DNA of 26,506 nt, from the sequence record NZ_CP017202.2; one strand, written 5' to 3'. The notes under the pieces are model-generated. The model searched no databases and was not told the DNA's origin. It saw only the letters and a list, made by a program, of their open reading frames with translations. This document shows, piece after piece, positions 9,300-19,329 of this stretch. Numbering within the stretch: position 1 is the stretch's first letter; each line of letters opens with the position of its first letter. The stretch comes from a plasmid. A program made the position numbers and the translations under genes.

Positions 9300-10036
9300 T
9301 AACAATTGCATCAATAAAAGGAGGGGTGGGAAAAAGTACAACATCATTAATGTTTACAAACATACTCTCAAAAAAAAATAATAAAATATTATTAATAGAT
9401 TTAGATCCACAAGCAAGTAGTACAAGTTTTTATATTAATATATTAAGAAAAAAAAACCTTAGTCCAAAAGATATCAATATATATAAAGTTCTTAAAAAAG
9501 AAATAGACATAGAAAATTCAACAATCAAAATAGATAATAATACAGATTTCATAGCAAGCCACATAAACCTGAGTAAATTTAATGAAGAAAGCATTTCATT
9601 AAAAGAAAATTTACTCAAAATTTTCTTAAGTTTTATTCAAAACAGATACGACTTTATTATAATGGATACTGCACCCACATTAGGAAGCTTGCTCAATAAT
9701 AGTTTAATCATCTCAGATTACTTAATCATACCTTTGCCAACAGATCAATGGGCAATTGAAAGTTTAGACCTAATAACTAACAGGCTTGATGATCTTTTTA
9801 GAAAGGATTTGCCAATATTTTATTTAATAACCAAATTTATTGAAAGACAAAATATTGATAAAGAACTTAAAAAGTTTATTGAATGCGAATATAAAGGCAA
9901 ATTTTTAGGAAGTGTTCCAAAAAGAGATAATTTACGTAAAACCATTTTTTACAGAGAAGAATTCAATTGTAATGAAGATTATTATAAAGCTTATGAAAAT
10001 ATACTTGAAAATTTTTTAAGCATACTTTCAAATTAG
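9275..10036 (+). CDS. parA: ParA-family partition ATPase (Borrelia PF32)
   Basis: Deviant Walker A box ASIKGGVGKSTTS at residues 12-24. 253 aa. Confidence 0.9.
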   Translation: MDKKNTKIITIASIKGGVGKSTTSLMFTNILSKKNNKILLIDLDPQASSTSFYINILRKKNLSPKDINIYKVLKKEIDIENSTIKIDNNTDFIASHINLSKFNEESISLKENLLKIFLSFIQNRYDFIIMDTAPTLGSLLNNSLIISDYLIIPLPTDQWAIESLDLITNRLDDLFRKDLPIFYLITKFIERQNIDKELKKFIECEYKGKFLGSVPKRDNLRKTIFYREEFNCNEDYYKAYENILENFLSILSN

Positions 10037-10084
10037 TTCCATATGGAACTTTTAGTTCCATATGGAACTAATTTGAAAGTATGC
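10020..10084. repeat. Composite 65-bp palindrome. Outer arms are GCATACTTTCAAATTAG / CTAATTTGAAAGTATGC. They enclose two tandem copies of the self-palindromic 16-mer AGTTCCATATGGAACT
   Basis: Read directly from the sequence. It overlaps the parA stop codon and lies 20 nt upstream of PF49. It is a candidate parS/centromere or replication site. Confidence 0.85.
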
Positions 10085-10103
10085 AATGGAGTAAAAATAA
10101 AAG

Positions 10104-10652
10104 ATGAAATTAAATAAAAAAATAGAAATTGTCAAAAGAATTGAGCTTAATGGAAATGAAATAAAAAAAAGTAGAGAATCTAGATATTTAAAATTGAAAG
10201 AAAAACTAAAAATTTTGATAAAAGAGGAATCTTACAATAAAATTGAAACAGCTCGAATTCTAAAAGAAATTAATGACAATAAGTACTATGTTATAGACAA
10301 ATATAAAAGCTTTGGGCATTTTATAAAAGATTATAATATGGCAAAAACTACCGTTTATAGATACATTAAACTAGCAATAGGAATTGACAGTGGTAAAATC
10401 AATTATGAATTAATTTTAAAAAAAGGAATATATTATGCTATGCAATTTTTAGAAAATAATGAGACTATAGTTAATTCAAAAAGGATATTAAATAGATCAC
10501 TTAGGCTAAAAATTGACGACGAAAAAAGCCTTAATTTTTATAAATCAAATACAAACTTTGTAAGCTTCTTATTAAAAGAGCTATATTATGATAATCAAAA
10601 ACTACTTATAAATATTAAAAATAAATATGACAATTTGAAAAATAAAAAATAA
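10104..10652 (+). CDS. Borrelia PF49 protein, putative ParB-like partition partner (BBB13-like)
   Basis: 182 aa, immediately downstream of parA and the palindrome. Basic and helical. Confidence 0.7.
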   Translation: MKLNKKIEIVKRIELNGNEIKKSRESRYLKLKEKLKILIKEESYNKIETARILKEINDNKYYVIDKYKSFGHFIKDYNMAKTTVYRYIKLAIGIDSGKINYELILKKGIYYAMQFLENNETIVNSKRILNRSLRLKIDDEKSLNFYKSNTNFVSFLLKELYYDNQKLLINIKNKYDNLKNKK

Positions 10653-10790
10653 TATTCTAAATTTATAAAATAGTACTATATTTAAAAAATGTTTCAAAAA
10701 CACTTTACAAAAAAATAAAATACTATATAATAATCTATATAGATTGAGATGCAATGTCTCGCTCTTGTTGTTTGATTAGAATAATAAGTT

Positions 10791-10822
10791 GGCTACCTTA
10801 TGGTAGCCTTTGTCATTTTTGC
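10791..10822 (+). terminator. Rho-independent terminator-like hairpin, orphan, 140 nt past PF49
   Basis: GGCTACC-TTAT-GGTAGCC stem at 10791-10808, followed by TTTGTCATTTTTG. A U-run follows only on the plus strand. Confidence 0.55.
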
Positions 10823-10920
10823 AAAAAATTAAAATAGGAATAATATAGCCTCTGTATCAATTCTATTTTGCAATAAAAATTTATTTTAAACTGAAAATAA
10901 ATACCAATAAATTATAAAAA

Positions 10921-11418
10921 TTAACTTTTATAATCTTTATTTTCAATCGATTCAACCATTACTAGAAAGTCCAAAATTTTATATTTTTTCAAGCTTAAAT
11001 CTTCTAATCCAATTCTAATTTTAACTTCCTTATTCTTATAAGAAGCATCTTCTTCTTTAATCATCCTTTCCAATAAAGATTTGGTCAAAACAAATGATGA
11101 ATAATTAATCCAGTTGCCAAAAAAATGGTTATTATCTCTTTTGTAGCTTACTTTTCCCTCAATTTTAGTTCCATCCGGCAACAATAAAGGATTCTGTTCT
11201 GTTATACTATGGTTTCTAAACCTTGTGTATAATACTATTTTAGTTATTCCTGTTTTATAATTAAAAATACCCTTAAGTTCTGCATTTTTATTTAAGCTTT
11301 GGTATATTCTAAATGTTTTTCCAAATTGATCGTGCTCAACGTTTAAGGAAGTGCAAGATATTAATAAAAAAAATACCAACAATTTTAAAAATTTTAATTG
11401 ATTTTGATATAATATCAT
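10921..11418 (-). CDS. Putative lipoprotein (BBB14-like), 165 aa
   Basis: N-terminal hydrophobic region ending in the lipobox LLISC. A GGAGAGGAA RBS lies on the minus strand. Confidence 0.6.
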   Translation of the reverse strand: MILYQNQLKFLKLLVFFLLISCTSLNVEHDQFGKTFRIYQSLNKNAELKGIFNYKTGITKIVLYTRFRNHSITEQNPLLLPDGTKIEGKVSYKRDNNHFFGNWINYSSFVLTKSLLERMIKEEDASYKNKEVKIRIGLEDLSLKKYKILDFLVMVESIENKDYKS

Positions 11419-11996
11419 ATTCCTCTCCTTTGATAAAAAAAATATAAACTAGTGAACATAATAATATATTTTTTATTAGATCATTGCAAACAATTTTTGA
11501 TAAATTAATTTTCCATTTCTTTAAATCATTATTTTAGGGCTTCTTGGTTACTATTTTTATTTAGTATTACTTTTGCTAGAAATGTATAAGAAAGTTTTTA
11601 AACTCTTTAAAGGTGTTTTAAAAGCAAGAAAGCTCTATGCAAGAACTTTTATTGCCACAAAGGAAGTGTTAAATATGAAATTTAATCCTAATTTTTTAAA
11701 ATTCAATACTAATTTATTTTTTTATTAAAAAATAATAAATTTAAATAAATCTAATTTACAAATAGATAAATAATGAAATTTAAAATTATTTTTTATATGT
11801 ATAATAATCATTGAAGAGCAATCAATAAAAGATTATAATCTTTTCAATATAAGATCAATTATTTTGCTTATTTAATGTAAAATGCTAATTTTAGAATAAT
11901 TTAAGTGCTTTTAATAACGTTAATGTAAAATTATATTTCATATATAATAAAATATAGGCAAAATTTAAATTTATAAAAACTTGTAAGGATGCTTGT

Positions 11997-13589
11997 ATGA
12001 AAATATTGATAAAAAAGTTAAAAGTTGTATTATTTCTCAATTTAATTTTACTTATTTCTTGTGTTAATGAAAGTAATAGAAACAAATTGGTTTTTAAGCT
12101 AAATATTGGAAGTGAGCCTGCTACTTTAGATGCTCAATTAATAAACGATACGGTTGGATCCGGGATTGTAAGCCAAATGTTTCTTGGCATTTTAGATGGA
12201 GATCCCAGGACTGGAGGATACAGACCGGGACTTGCTAAAAGTTGGGATATTTCTGATGACGGAGTAGTTTACACATTTCATTTAAGAGACAATCTTGTTT
12301 GGAGTGATGGAGTTCCCATTACTGCCGAAGGAATAAGAAAATCTTATCTTAGAATTTTAGATAAAGAAACCGGCTCATCTTTTGTTAACATGATTAAGTC
12401 CGTTATAAAAAATGCAGAAGAGTATTTTGACGGCAAAGCAAATGAGTCTGAGCTTGGAATTAAAGCTCTTGATGAAAAAACTTTAGAAATAACGCTAAAA
12501 TCTCCAAAGCCATATTTTCTTGATATGTTAGTACATCAAACATTTGTTCCTGTACCAATGCACGTTATTGAAAAGTATGGGCAAAGGTGGACAGACCCCG
12601 AGAATATGGTTGTTAGTGGTCCTTTCAAATTAAAATCTAGAGTTTTAAATGAAAAGGTTGTTCTTGAAAAGAATAATAAATATTATAATTCCAAAGATGT
12701 TGTTCTTGACAGTATTATATTTTTTGTCACAGATAATAGCATTACAGCTTATAATATGTATTTAAATGATGAGCTGGATGCAATTTTTAAGAATGTTCCG
12801 CCAGATTTGCTTAAGGATCTTAAGCTTAGGGACGATTATTATTCAATGGGTATTAATTCAACCTCTTTTTATTCTTTGAACATGAAAGTAAAACCGCTTG
12901 ACAATGTTAAAGTTAGAAAGGCGTTGTCTTTTGCTATTGATAGAAAAACCTTAACAGAGAGCGTTCTTAATGATAGTTCTATTCCTACAAGAAGAGCAAC
13001 TCCAGATTATATTGATTACTCTTATAAAAGCAATTTGAGCTTATTTGATGCTGAAATGGCAAAGAAGCTTTTGGCAGATGCAGGGTATCCTAATGGTAAT
13101 AATTTTCCTTTATTAAAAGTAAAGTACAATACAAGTGATAGCCAGAGAAAAATTGCTGAATTTATTCAAAATCAGTGGAAGAAAAACTTAAATATTAATG
13201 TTCAGCTTGAGAATGAAGAATGGTCAACATATATAAATAGTAGAGTAAATGGTAATTATGAAATAATAAGATCAGGATGGTCAGGAGATTATGCTGATCC
13301 TATGACGTTCTTAAGTATCTTTCAAACTGAAAATACATTTTTTTCATCTTATGGATATTCAAATTCTGAATATGATGAACTTTTAATAAAATCAGATAAT
13401 GAGAGAGATATTTTTAAAAGACAGGAAATTCTAAAAAAAGCAGAAGCAATAATAATTGAAAGAGATTTTCCGGCTGTATTTCTTAATATAACTTCTTCTA
13501 GTTATCTTTTTAGAAACGACAAGTGGAAAGGTTGGGAGCCAAATATTTCGGAAAGATTTAATTTATCTGAAATAAAACCAATTAAATGA
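11997..13589 (+). CDS. oppA4: Oligopeptide ABC transporter substrate-binding lipoprotein OppA-IV
   Basis: 530 aa with lipobox LLISC. It has the family-5 SBP architecture with conserved peptide-binding segments (FKLNIGSEPATLD, VLEKNNKYY). An AAGGATG RBS is present. Confidence 0.85.
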   Translation: MKILIKKLKVVLFLNLILLISCVNESNRNKLVFKLNIGSEPATLDAQLINDTVGSGIVSQMFLGILDGDPRTGGYRPGLAKSWDISDDGVVYTFHLRDNLVWSDGVPITAEGIRKSYLRILDKETGSSFVNMIKSVIKNAEEYFDGKANESELGIKALDEKTLEITLKSPKPYFLDMLVHQTFVPVPMHVIEKYGQRWTDPENMVVSGPFKLKSRVLNEKVVLEKNNKYYNSKDVVLDSIIFFVTDNSITAYNMYLNDELDAIFKNVPPDLLKDLKLRDDYYSMGINSTSFYSLNMKVKPLDNVKVRKALSFAIDRKTLTESVLNDSSIPTRRATPDYIDYSYKSNLSLFDAEMAKKLLADAGYPNGNNFPLLKVKYNTSDSQRKIAEFIQNQWKKNLNINVQLENEEWSTYINSRVNGNYEIIRSGWSGDYADPMTFLSIFQTENTFFSSYGYSNSEYDELLIKSDNERDIFKRQEILKKAEAIIIERDFPAVFLNITSSSYLFRNDKWKGWEPNISERFNLSEIKPIK

Positions 13590-13643
13590 TTTAAGTAAAA
13601 ATGGTTTATAGCTAGATCTTTTGATTTGGCTATAAACAAAAAT

Positions 13644-13678
13644 AAGAAATGAATTCTTAATTTAAGAATTCATTTCTT
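13644..13678. terminator. Perfect 17-bp-arm palindrome (AAGAAATGAATTCTTAA t TTAAGAATTCATTTCTT). Probable bidirectional terminator between convergent oppA4 and guaB
   Basis: Read from the sequence. A T-rich tract follows on the plus strand. A second hairpin, GTTTATAGC...GCTATAAAC, lies at 13604-13637. Confidence 0.5.
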
Positions 13679-13875
13679 TAACTTAATTATTTTAGAATTA
13701 TTATTTTTAAATAGAGTAAACACTAGTATATTAATGCTAAAAAAAGCATTACAAAAACAGAAAGCTATATTTATTATTCTTTTCCTACCAAGGGTGTTAT
13801 TTCTTTAAAAGAAGAATGCAATATTTTGATCTTTTAAAGATGTTAGTTATTTAATTTGATAAATGTTTTTTATTT

Positions 13876-15090
13876 TTATGTTATGTTAAAAACATCGTGA
13901 GGATGGGATTCTTTTAATGAAGAATGACTTATTTTTACAAACTTAGAATTTATTTTTAAATCAAATATTGTTGCTGCTCCTAAATAGCCCATTCCAGACA
14001 TTAAACCGCCTTTTAATTGAGTCAAAATATCTTTTAATTTTCCAGAATACGGCACCATGCCTTCAATTCCTTCGGGGACTAATTTTTTAGGCTCGTTGTT
14101 TTCTAGTTGAAAATATCTTGATTTGGAGCCTCTTTTCATAGCAGAAATAGAGCCCATTCCAACGTAAGATTTGAATTTTTTTCCATTGTAAATTATTTCT
14201 TCAGAAGGAGATTCTTTTGTGCCTGCAAAGAGATTGCCTATCATTACGCTATCAGCTCCTGCTGCGATGGCTTTAACCACATCTCCTGAAAACCTAATTC
14301 CGCCATCTGCTATAATACAAATATTTGTATTTTTACAAACTTCATAGACATCGCAGATTGCTGTTATTTGGGGAACTCCAACTCCTGCAACGATTCTTGT
14401 TGTGCATATACTACCCGGACCTATTCCTACTTTTAAACAATCTGCTCCTGCAGTTATTAAATCTAATGCAGCTTCTTTAGTTACTATGTTACCAGCAATA
14501 AGGCCTAAGTTTGGGTACTTGGTTTTAATTTTTTTGACAAGCTCTATTATTCTTGTAGAATGTCCATGGGCAGAGTCTATGACAAGTATATCTACATGTG
14601 CTTTTACAAGCTCTTCAACTCGTTCTATGGTATCAATATCAATGGAAACAGCAGCGCCTACTCTTAGCTTGTTATTTAAATCTTTGCATGCATTAGGAAA
14701 ATCTTCTTTGTGTTCTGCATTTTTGTATGCATCGGATTTTTCTAGATGTTGTTTTGCTGTAAATATTTCGGGTTTTTGATCGTTTGTATCTCCATTAGTG
14801 TTAATAGTCTTTTGAAATTTATATGTTTTTACTTTTTCTATCTCTTTTCTTTGAGCTTCTATTGACATATTTTTATGTATAATTCCTATTCCACCTTCTT
14901 TAGCAATGGCTATTGCCATTTGGCTTTCTGTAACAGTATCCATTGCTGAGCTTAAAAATGGTATGTTTAGGGATATGTTTTTTGTTAATTGTGTTTTTAA
15001 ACTAACCTCACTAGGTAATACAGATGATTTTCTTGGAATTAAAGACACATCATCAAAAGTTAAAGCTTCTTTTGTTATCTTATTTGGCAT
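13876..15090 (-). CDS. guaB: IMP dehydrogenase
   Basis: 404 aa. The catalytic-loop motif [11 protein letters not shown] and IMPDH barrel motifs are present. Confidence 0.9.
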   Translation of the reverse strand: MPNKITKEALTFDDVSLIPRKSSVLPSEVSLKTQLTKNISLNIPFLSSAMDTVTESQMAIAIAKEGGIGIIHKNMSIEAQRKEIEKVKTYKFQKTINTNGDTNDQKPEIFTAKQHLEKSDAYKNAEHKEDFPNACKDLNNKLRVGAAVSIDIDTIERVEELVKAHVDILVIDSAHGHSTRIIELVKKIKTKYPNLGLIAGNIVTKEAALDLITAGADCLKVGIGPGSICTTRIVAGVGVPQITAICDVYEVCKNTNICIIADGGIRFSGDVVKAIAAGADSVMIGNLFAGTKESPSEEIIYNGKKFKSYVGMGSISAMKRGSKSRYFQLENNEPKKLVPEGIEGMVPYSGKLKDILTQLKGGLMSGMGYLGAATIFDLKINSKFVKISHSSLKESHPHDVFNIT

Positions 15091-15114
15091 AAATTTTCCT
15101 TTTTATTGTTCTTA

Positions 15115-16653
15115 TTATTCCCATTCTATGGTTGATGGAGGCTTAGAAGATATATCATAACAAACTCTATTTATACCCCGAACTTCATTAATTATTCTTG
15201 AAGAAACTTTTTTTAAAAAACTGTAAGGAAGTTCAGTCCATTCTGCAGTCATGAAGTCTTGGGTATTTACACATCTAATTACAGCTGTATATTCGTATGT
15301 CCTTTGATCTCCCATTACGCCTACAGATTTGACAGGAAGCAATACAACAAATGCTTGTCTTATTTGATAATATAAATCATTTATAAAAAGCTCCTCTGTT
15401 AGAATATTGTCTGCTTCTTGTAAGATATTTATCTTTTCTTGTGTTACTTCTCCAATTATTCTTATAGCTAGTCCTGGGCCGGGAAATGGATGTCTGTAAA
15501 GAGATTCTTTTTTAATACCTAGATTTATTCCGATTTGAATTATTTCATCTTTAAAAAATTCATTCAAAGGTTCTAAGAGTTTTAAACTCATCTTATCTGG
15601 GAGTCCCCCTACGTTGTGATGAGACTTGATTTTTGAAGAAGAGCTGTCTTTTGATTTAGATTCAATTACGTCAGAATAAATTGTTCCTTGAGCTAAATAT
15701 TCTATATTTTGATCTTCTAGAGTAATTTTTTCAAAAACATCTACAAATTCTTTTCCTATTATTTTTCTCTTTTCCTCAGGATCACTTATGTTTTTTAAAC
15801 GGTTCAAGAATTTTGTAGAAGCATCAATATATTTTATATTTAAATCATATTGATGCTTTAATTCTAGTATTTTTTTATTTTCATTTTTGCGCAACAATCC
15901 AGTGTTTACAAAAACGCAGATCAAATTTTCGTTTATAGCTTTTTTTATAAGTAATGCACAAACTAAAGAGTCTGTGCCACCAGAAAGTCCTAAAATAACC
16001 TTTTTGCTTCCCACTTTGAGCTTAATTTTTTTCACAATGGTTTCTAGATTGCCTTCTAATGACCAATTAATTTGGGCTTGGCAAATTTTAAAAACAAAAT
16101 TTTTAATTATTTGATCACCAAATTCAGAATGAGTTACTTCTGGATGGAATTGTAGGCCGTAAATTTTTTGAGTTTCATTTGATATAGAAGCAATACAATT
16201 TTTTGTAAAAGCTAATTGTTTGAAATTATCAGGAATTTTTTCAATACTGTCTCCATGACTCATGATAATTTGAAATTTGTTTGGAAGTTCTGAAAATAAA
16301 AGAGATTTTTCATCTTTTAGAAAGATTTCAGAGCTCCCATATTCTTGCTTAGAGTCTTTAGATACTAGGCCCCCAAATAATTTAACAATTATTTGCATTC
16401 CATAACATATACCCAAAACAGGTATTTTTAAATTAAAAATTTCCATATCCAAGGTAGGAGCTTCTTTTGAATAAACAGAAGCAGGACTTCCGCTTAGTAT
16501 TATTCCTGAGATATTCATATTTTTAATTTCTTTTAAAGGAGTATAGTAAGGCATTACTTTTGTATAAACGCCAATTTCTCTAATTCTTCTTGCAATTAGT
16601 TGGCTATATTGGGATCCAAAATCTAATACAAGTATTGCCTGAGTATTCATCAT
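15115..16653 (-). CDS. guaA: GMP synthase (glutamine-hydrolysing)
   Basis: 512 aa. N-terminal class-I GATase domain with nucleophile Cys (GICYGMQ). PP-loop SGGTDS in the ATP-pyrophosphatase domain. The stop lies 24 nt upstream of the guaB start, so the two form an operon. Confidence 0.9.
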   Translation of the reverse strand: MMNTQAILVLDFGSQYSQLIARRIREIGVYTKVMPYYTPLKEIKNMNISGIILSGSPASVYSKEAPTLDMEIFNLKIPVLGICYGMQIIVKLFGGLVSKDSKQEYGSSEIFLKDEKSLLFSELPNKFQIIMSHGDSIEKIPDNFKQLAFTKNCIASISNETQKIYGLQFHPEVTHSEFGDQIIKNFVFKICQAQINWSLEGNLETIVKKIKLKVGSKKVILGLSGGTDSLVCALLIKKAINENLICVFVNTGLLRKNENKKILELKHQYDLNIKYIDASTKFLNRLKNISDPEEKRKIIGKEFVDVFEKITLEDQNIEYLAQGTIYSDVIESKSKDSSSSKIKSHHNVGGLPDKMSLKLLEPLNEFFKDEIIQIGINLGIKKESLYRHPFPGPGLAIRIIGEVTQEKINILQEADNILTEELFINDLYYQIRQAFVVLLPVKSVGVMGDQRTYEYTAVIRCVNTQDFMTAEWTELPYSFLKKVSSRIINEVRGINRVCYDISSKPPSTIEWE

Positions 16654-16760
16654 ATAAGTCCTTAGAATAAATTAAAAGTTTTCTTATTAAAGTATATTTC
16701 ATTTAATTTTAGCATATTTGGCTTTGCTTATGTCGATTTTAAAATCAAATTAATACAATA

Positions 16761-16809
16761 TTTTTCAAATTCTTCAATATTTATTCAATATATTGAAGAA
16801 TTTGAAAAA
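16761..16809. promoter_or_regulatory. ospC operator: inverted repeats TTTTTCAAATTCTTCAATAT / ATATTGAAGAATTTGAAAAA with a nested TTCAATAT...ATATTGAA
   Basis: The palindromes were read directly. They lie 75-125 nt upstream of the ospC ATG, consistent with the described ospC distal/proximal IR operator. Confidence 0.8.
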
Positions 16810-16825
16810 TAATTTTTTATTTGAA

Positions 16826-16868
16826 AAAATTGAAAAACAAAATTGTTGGACTAATAATTCATAAATAA
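16826..16868 (+). promoter_or_regulatory. ospC promoter (RpoS-dependent extended -10 region), followed by an AAAGGAGG RBS at 16869-16876
   Basis: TTGAAAAACAAAATTGTTGGACTAATAATTCATAAAT immediately upstream of a strong RBS and the ATG at 16886. The call rests on recognition of the ospC promoter layout. Confidence 0.6.
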
Positions 16869-16885
16869 AAAGGAGGCACAAATTA

Positions 16886-17518
16886 ATGAAAAAGAATACA
16901 TTAAGTGCAATATTAATGACTTTATTTTTATTTATATCTTGTAATAATTCAGGGAAAGATGGGAATACATCTGCAAATTCTGCTGATGAGTCTGTTAAAG
17001 GGCCTAATCTTACAGAAATAAGTAAAAAAATTACAGAATCTAACGCAGTTGTTCTCGCCGTGAAAGAAGTTGAAACTTTGCTTACATCTATAGATGAGCT
17101 TGCTAAAGCTATTGGTAAAAAAATAAAAAACGATGTTAGTTTAGATAATGAGGCAGATCACAACGGATCATTAATATCAGGAGCATATTTAATTTCAACA
17201 TTAATAACAAAAAAAATAAGTGCAATAAAAGATTCAGGAGAATTGAAGGCAGAAATTGAAAAGGCTAAGAAATGTTCTGAAGAATTTACTGCTAAATTAA
17301 AAGGTGAACACACAGATCTTGGTAAAGAAGGCGTTACTGATGATAATGCAAAAAAAGCCATTTTAAAAACAAATAATGATAAAACTAAGGGCGCTGATGA
17401 ACTTGAAAAGTTATTTGAATCAGTAAAAAACTTGTCAAAAGCAGCTAAAGAGATGCTTACTAATTCAGTTAAAGAGCTTACAAGCCCTGTTGTGGCAGAA
17501 AGTCCAAAAAAACCTTAA
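16886..17518 (+). CDS. ospC: Outer surface protein C
   Basis: 210 aa with lipobox LFISC. N-terminal CNNSGKDGNTSANSADESVKGPNLTEISKKITESNA and C-terminal ...KELTSPVVAESPKKP are hallmark OspC sequences. Confidence 0.95.
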   Translation: MKKNTLSAILMTLFLFISCNNSGKDGNTSANSADESVKGPNLTEISKKITESNAVVLAVKEVETLLTSIDELAKAIGKKIKNDVSLDNEADHNGSLISGAYLISTLITKKISAIKDSGELKAEIEKAKKCSEEFTAKLKGEHTDLGKEGVTDDNAKKAILKTNNDKTKGADELEKLFESVKNLSKAAKEMLTNSVKELTSPVVAESPKKP

Positions 17519-17585
17519 TTAAAATCAATATTATAAGATTAATTTGTTTTAAAAAAGTAACTGGAAAAATAAAGTCAATATAAGT

Positions 17586-17620
17586 CAAGAAAGATTTCTT
17601 GGCTTTTATTTTTTTATTTT
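17586..17620 (+). terminator. ospC rho-independent terminator
   Basis: CAAGAAAGATTTCTTG hairpin followed by GCTTTTATTTTTTTATTTT. Confidence 0.75.
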
Positions 17621-17973
17621 CCCAAAAAATTTCTTAAAATTCATTTTAAGAAAGGGTAAATGATTTTAACTTTAAGCTTTTCTCTTAAAGAATAAAAACT
17701 TATTACAAAAGCCGTTAATAAATTAAATTTAAGTATTTAAATATAAACAAAACTGGGTGTTAGAAATTTGATTTTAAAGGCTTAAGTAGGCTTAAACAGT
17801 TTTGGCAAATTTTTTATTAAAAAGATAATAGTAGTTTCTTTGGTTTTATGTGAGATTTTATAAAATTGTTAAATAGACTTAAGTATTTAAAAAATAAAGA
17901 CTCTTTTTTATGATTTATAATTTAGGTTTTTGAAATTGTAAATTTTAAATTTTTTTTATAAATAACAAATCGG

Positions 17974-19329
17974 TTAATAAATATAAATAAATTTAATAAT
18001 AAAAACTAGGCACAGTATTATCATTACTGGAGAGATTTTATTTTTTTTATTTTCCAATAAATTAAGTATTATGTTTATCAAAACATAAAATATTATTCCA
18101 ATACTTATCCCCGAAGAGATATTGTATGTTAAGGGAATTAAAAAAAGTATTAAAAAACTGGGAATATTTTCTCTGATATTAGAGAAATTAATTTTTAATA
18201 TTTCTCTGCACATTGAAAATCCTACATATATTAGCGCTGCAGCAGTTGCACTAGCAGGAACTGCAATAAATAATGGTGAAAGGAATATTGCAATAAAGAA
18301 CATTATTCCCGTTACTATTGTTGTAAGTCCAGTTTTACCACCTTCTTCTATTCCTGTGCAACTTTCAATGTATGCGGTTACGGTTGAAACTCCCATTATT
18401 GCTCCAACAGTAGTAGAAATGGCATCAATTAAAAATATTTTGCCGACATTAGGAATTTTTCCATTTTTGTCTAACATATTACCTTTTGCTGCCACTGCTA
18501 TTAAAGTGCCCAAAGTATCAAATAAATCGTTAAACAGCAATACCAATACAATTGTAATAAAGCTCCAAAAATGTTTGCTTAATATGTAGGAAAAATCTAA
18601 CTGGTTAAATATTGGCCCAATAGATTCGAATCTTAAAATTCCATCTGGAAAACGTATTCCAGCAGCTACTGCGCTTTCTGGACTAAAGGTTGCATATATC
18701 CAAGCTATGGCAGTGACTGAGCAAATTGCCCAAAGTATACTTCCCCTTATATTTAATTGTTCAAAAATTACAATAAAAAATAATCCTAAAAATGTAAATA
18801 AAACTTTCAAGTCAACAAATGATCCGATTCCAACCAATGTAGCATCATTTTTAATGATAATTCCCCCATTGACAAAGCCAATAAAAGCAATAAAAAGCCC
18901 TATTCCAACCGTAATAGAGTATTTTAAATTTACCGGTATGGAATTTGCAATACTTTCCCTAGCTCTTGATAAAGATAGTACAATAAAGATTAGCCCCTCG
19001 ATAAAAACAGCAGCTAGTGCAACTTGCCAAGGAATATTCATTCCAATTACTACAGAAAATGCAAAAAATGCATTAAGACCCATACCTGGTGCTAGTGATA
19101 TAGGGGTATTAGTATAAAGCCCCATTAATATACTAGAAAATGCTGATGTTAAGCAAGTTGCAGTAACTAATGCGCCAATTGGCATACCTGTGCTAGATAA
19201 TATTGCCGGATTAACAGCTATTATGTATGCCATGCTTAAAAAAGTGGTAATACCACCGATAATTTCTTTTTTATAATCAATGGTTTTATTTTTAAATTGA
19301 AATAACAATGTTTCTTTGGATTGATTCAT
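17974..19329 (-). CDS. pbuG: Purine (hypoxanthine/guanine/adenine) permease, NCS2/AzgA family (BBB22-like)
   Basis: 451 aa with ~12 TM segments. It is ~80% identical to the adjacent paralog. Confidence 0.85.
   Translation of the reverse strand: MNQSKETLLFQFKNKTIDYKKEIIGGITTFLSMAYIIAVNPAILSSTGMPIGALVTATCLTSAFSSILMGLYTNTPISLAPGMGLNAFFAFSVVIGMNIPWQVALAAVFIEGLIFIVLSLSRARESIANSIPVNLKYSITVGIGLFIAFIGFVNGGIIIKNDATLVGIGSFVDLKVLFTFLGLFFIVIFEQLNIRGSILWAICSVTAIAWIYATFSPESAVAAGIRFPDGILRFESIGPIFNQLDFSYILSKHFWSFITIVLVLLFNDLFDTLGTLIAVAAKGNMLDKNGKIPNVGKIFLIDAISTTVGAIMGVSTVTAYIESCTGIEEGGKTGLTTIVTGIMFFIAIFLSPLFIAVPASATAAALIYVGFSMCREILKINFSNIRENIPSFLILFLIPLTYNISSGISIGIIFYVLINIILNLLENKKNKISPVMIILCLVFIIKFIYIY

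Noticed and set aside
11891-12085. 64-aa minus-strand ORF overlapping the oppA4 start
   Set aside because: It overlaps the well-supported oppA4 N-terminus and signal peptide on the opposite strand, and no motif supports it.
13644-13678. Two GAATTC sites inside the palindrome, as a possible restriction-modification target or mobile element end
   Set aside because: No R-M genes, transposase or flanking target-site duplication are present anywhere in the window. A terminator explains the structure more simply.
14402-14779. 125-aa ORF antisense to guaB, and a similar 84-aa ORF at 14906-15160
   Set aside because: Both lie inside the conserved guaB/guaA coding sequence on the opposite strand. They are typical spurious ORFs in the relatively GC-richer gua genes.
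17519-17973. 455-bp non-coding region between ospC and the permease, with a short direct repeat TTAAGTATTTAAA at ~17725 and ~17881
   Set aside because: Apart from the ospC terminator, I see no hairpin-plus-U-run or promoter-like pair defining a discrete sRNA. The short AT-rich repeat is within chance expectation for this composition. It is probably the permease promoter and 5' UTR.
18122-19117. Plus-strand ORFs (155 and 136 aa) antisense to the purine permease, and the matching ORFs at 19848-20582 in the paralog
   Set aside because: Mirror-image shadow ORFs of a membrane-protein gene. Conservation between the two copies merely reflects the duplicated permease sequence.
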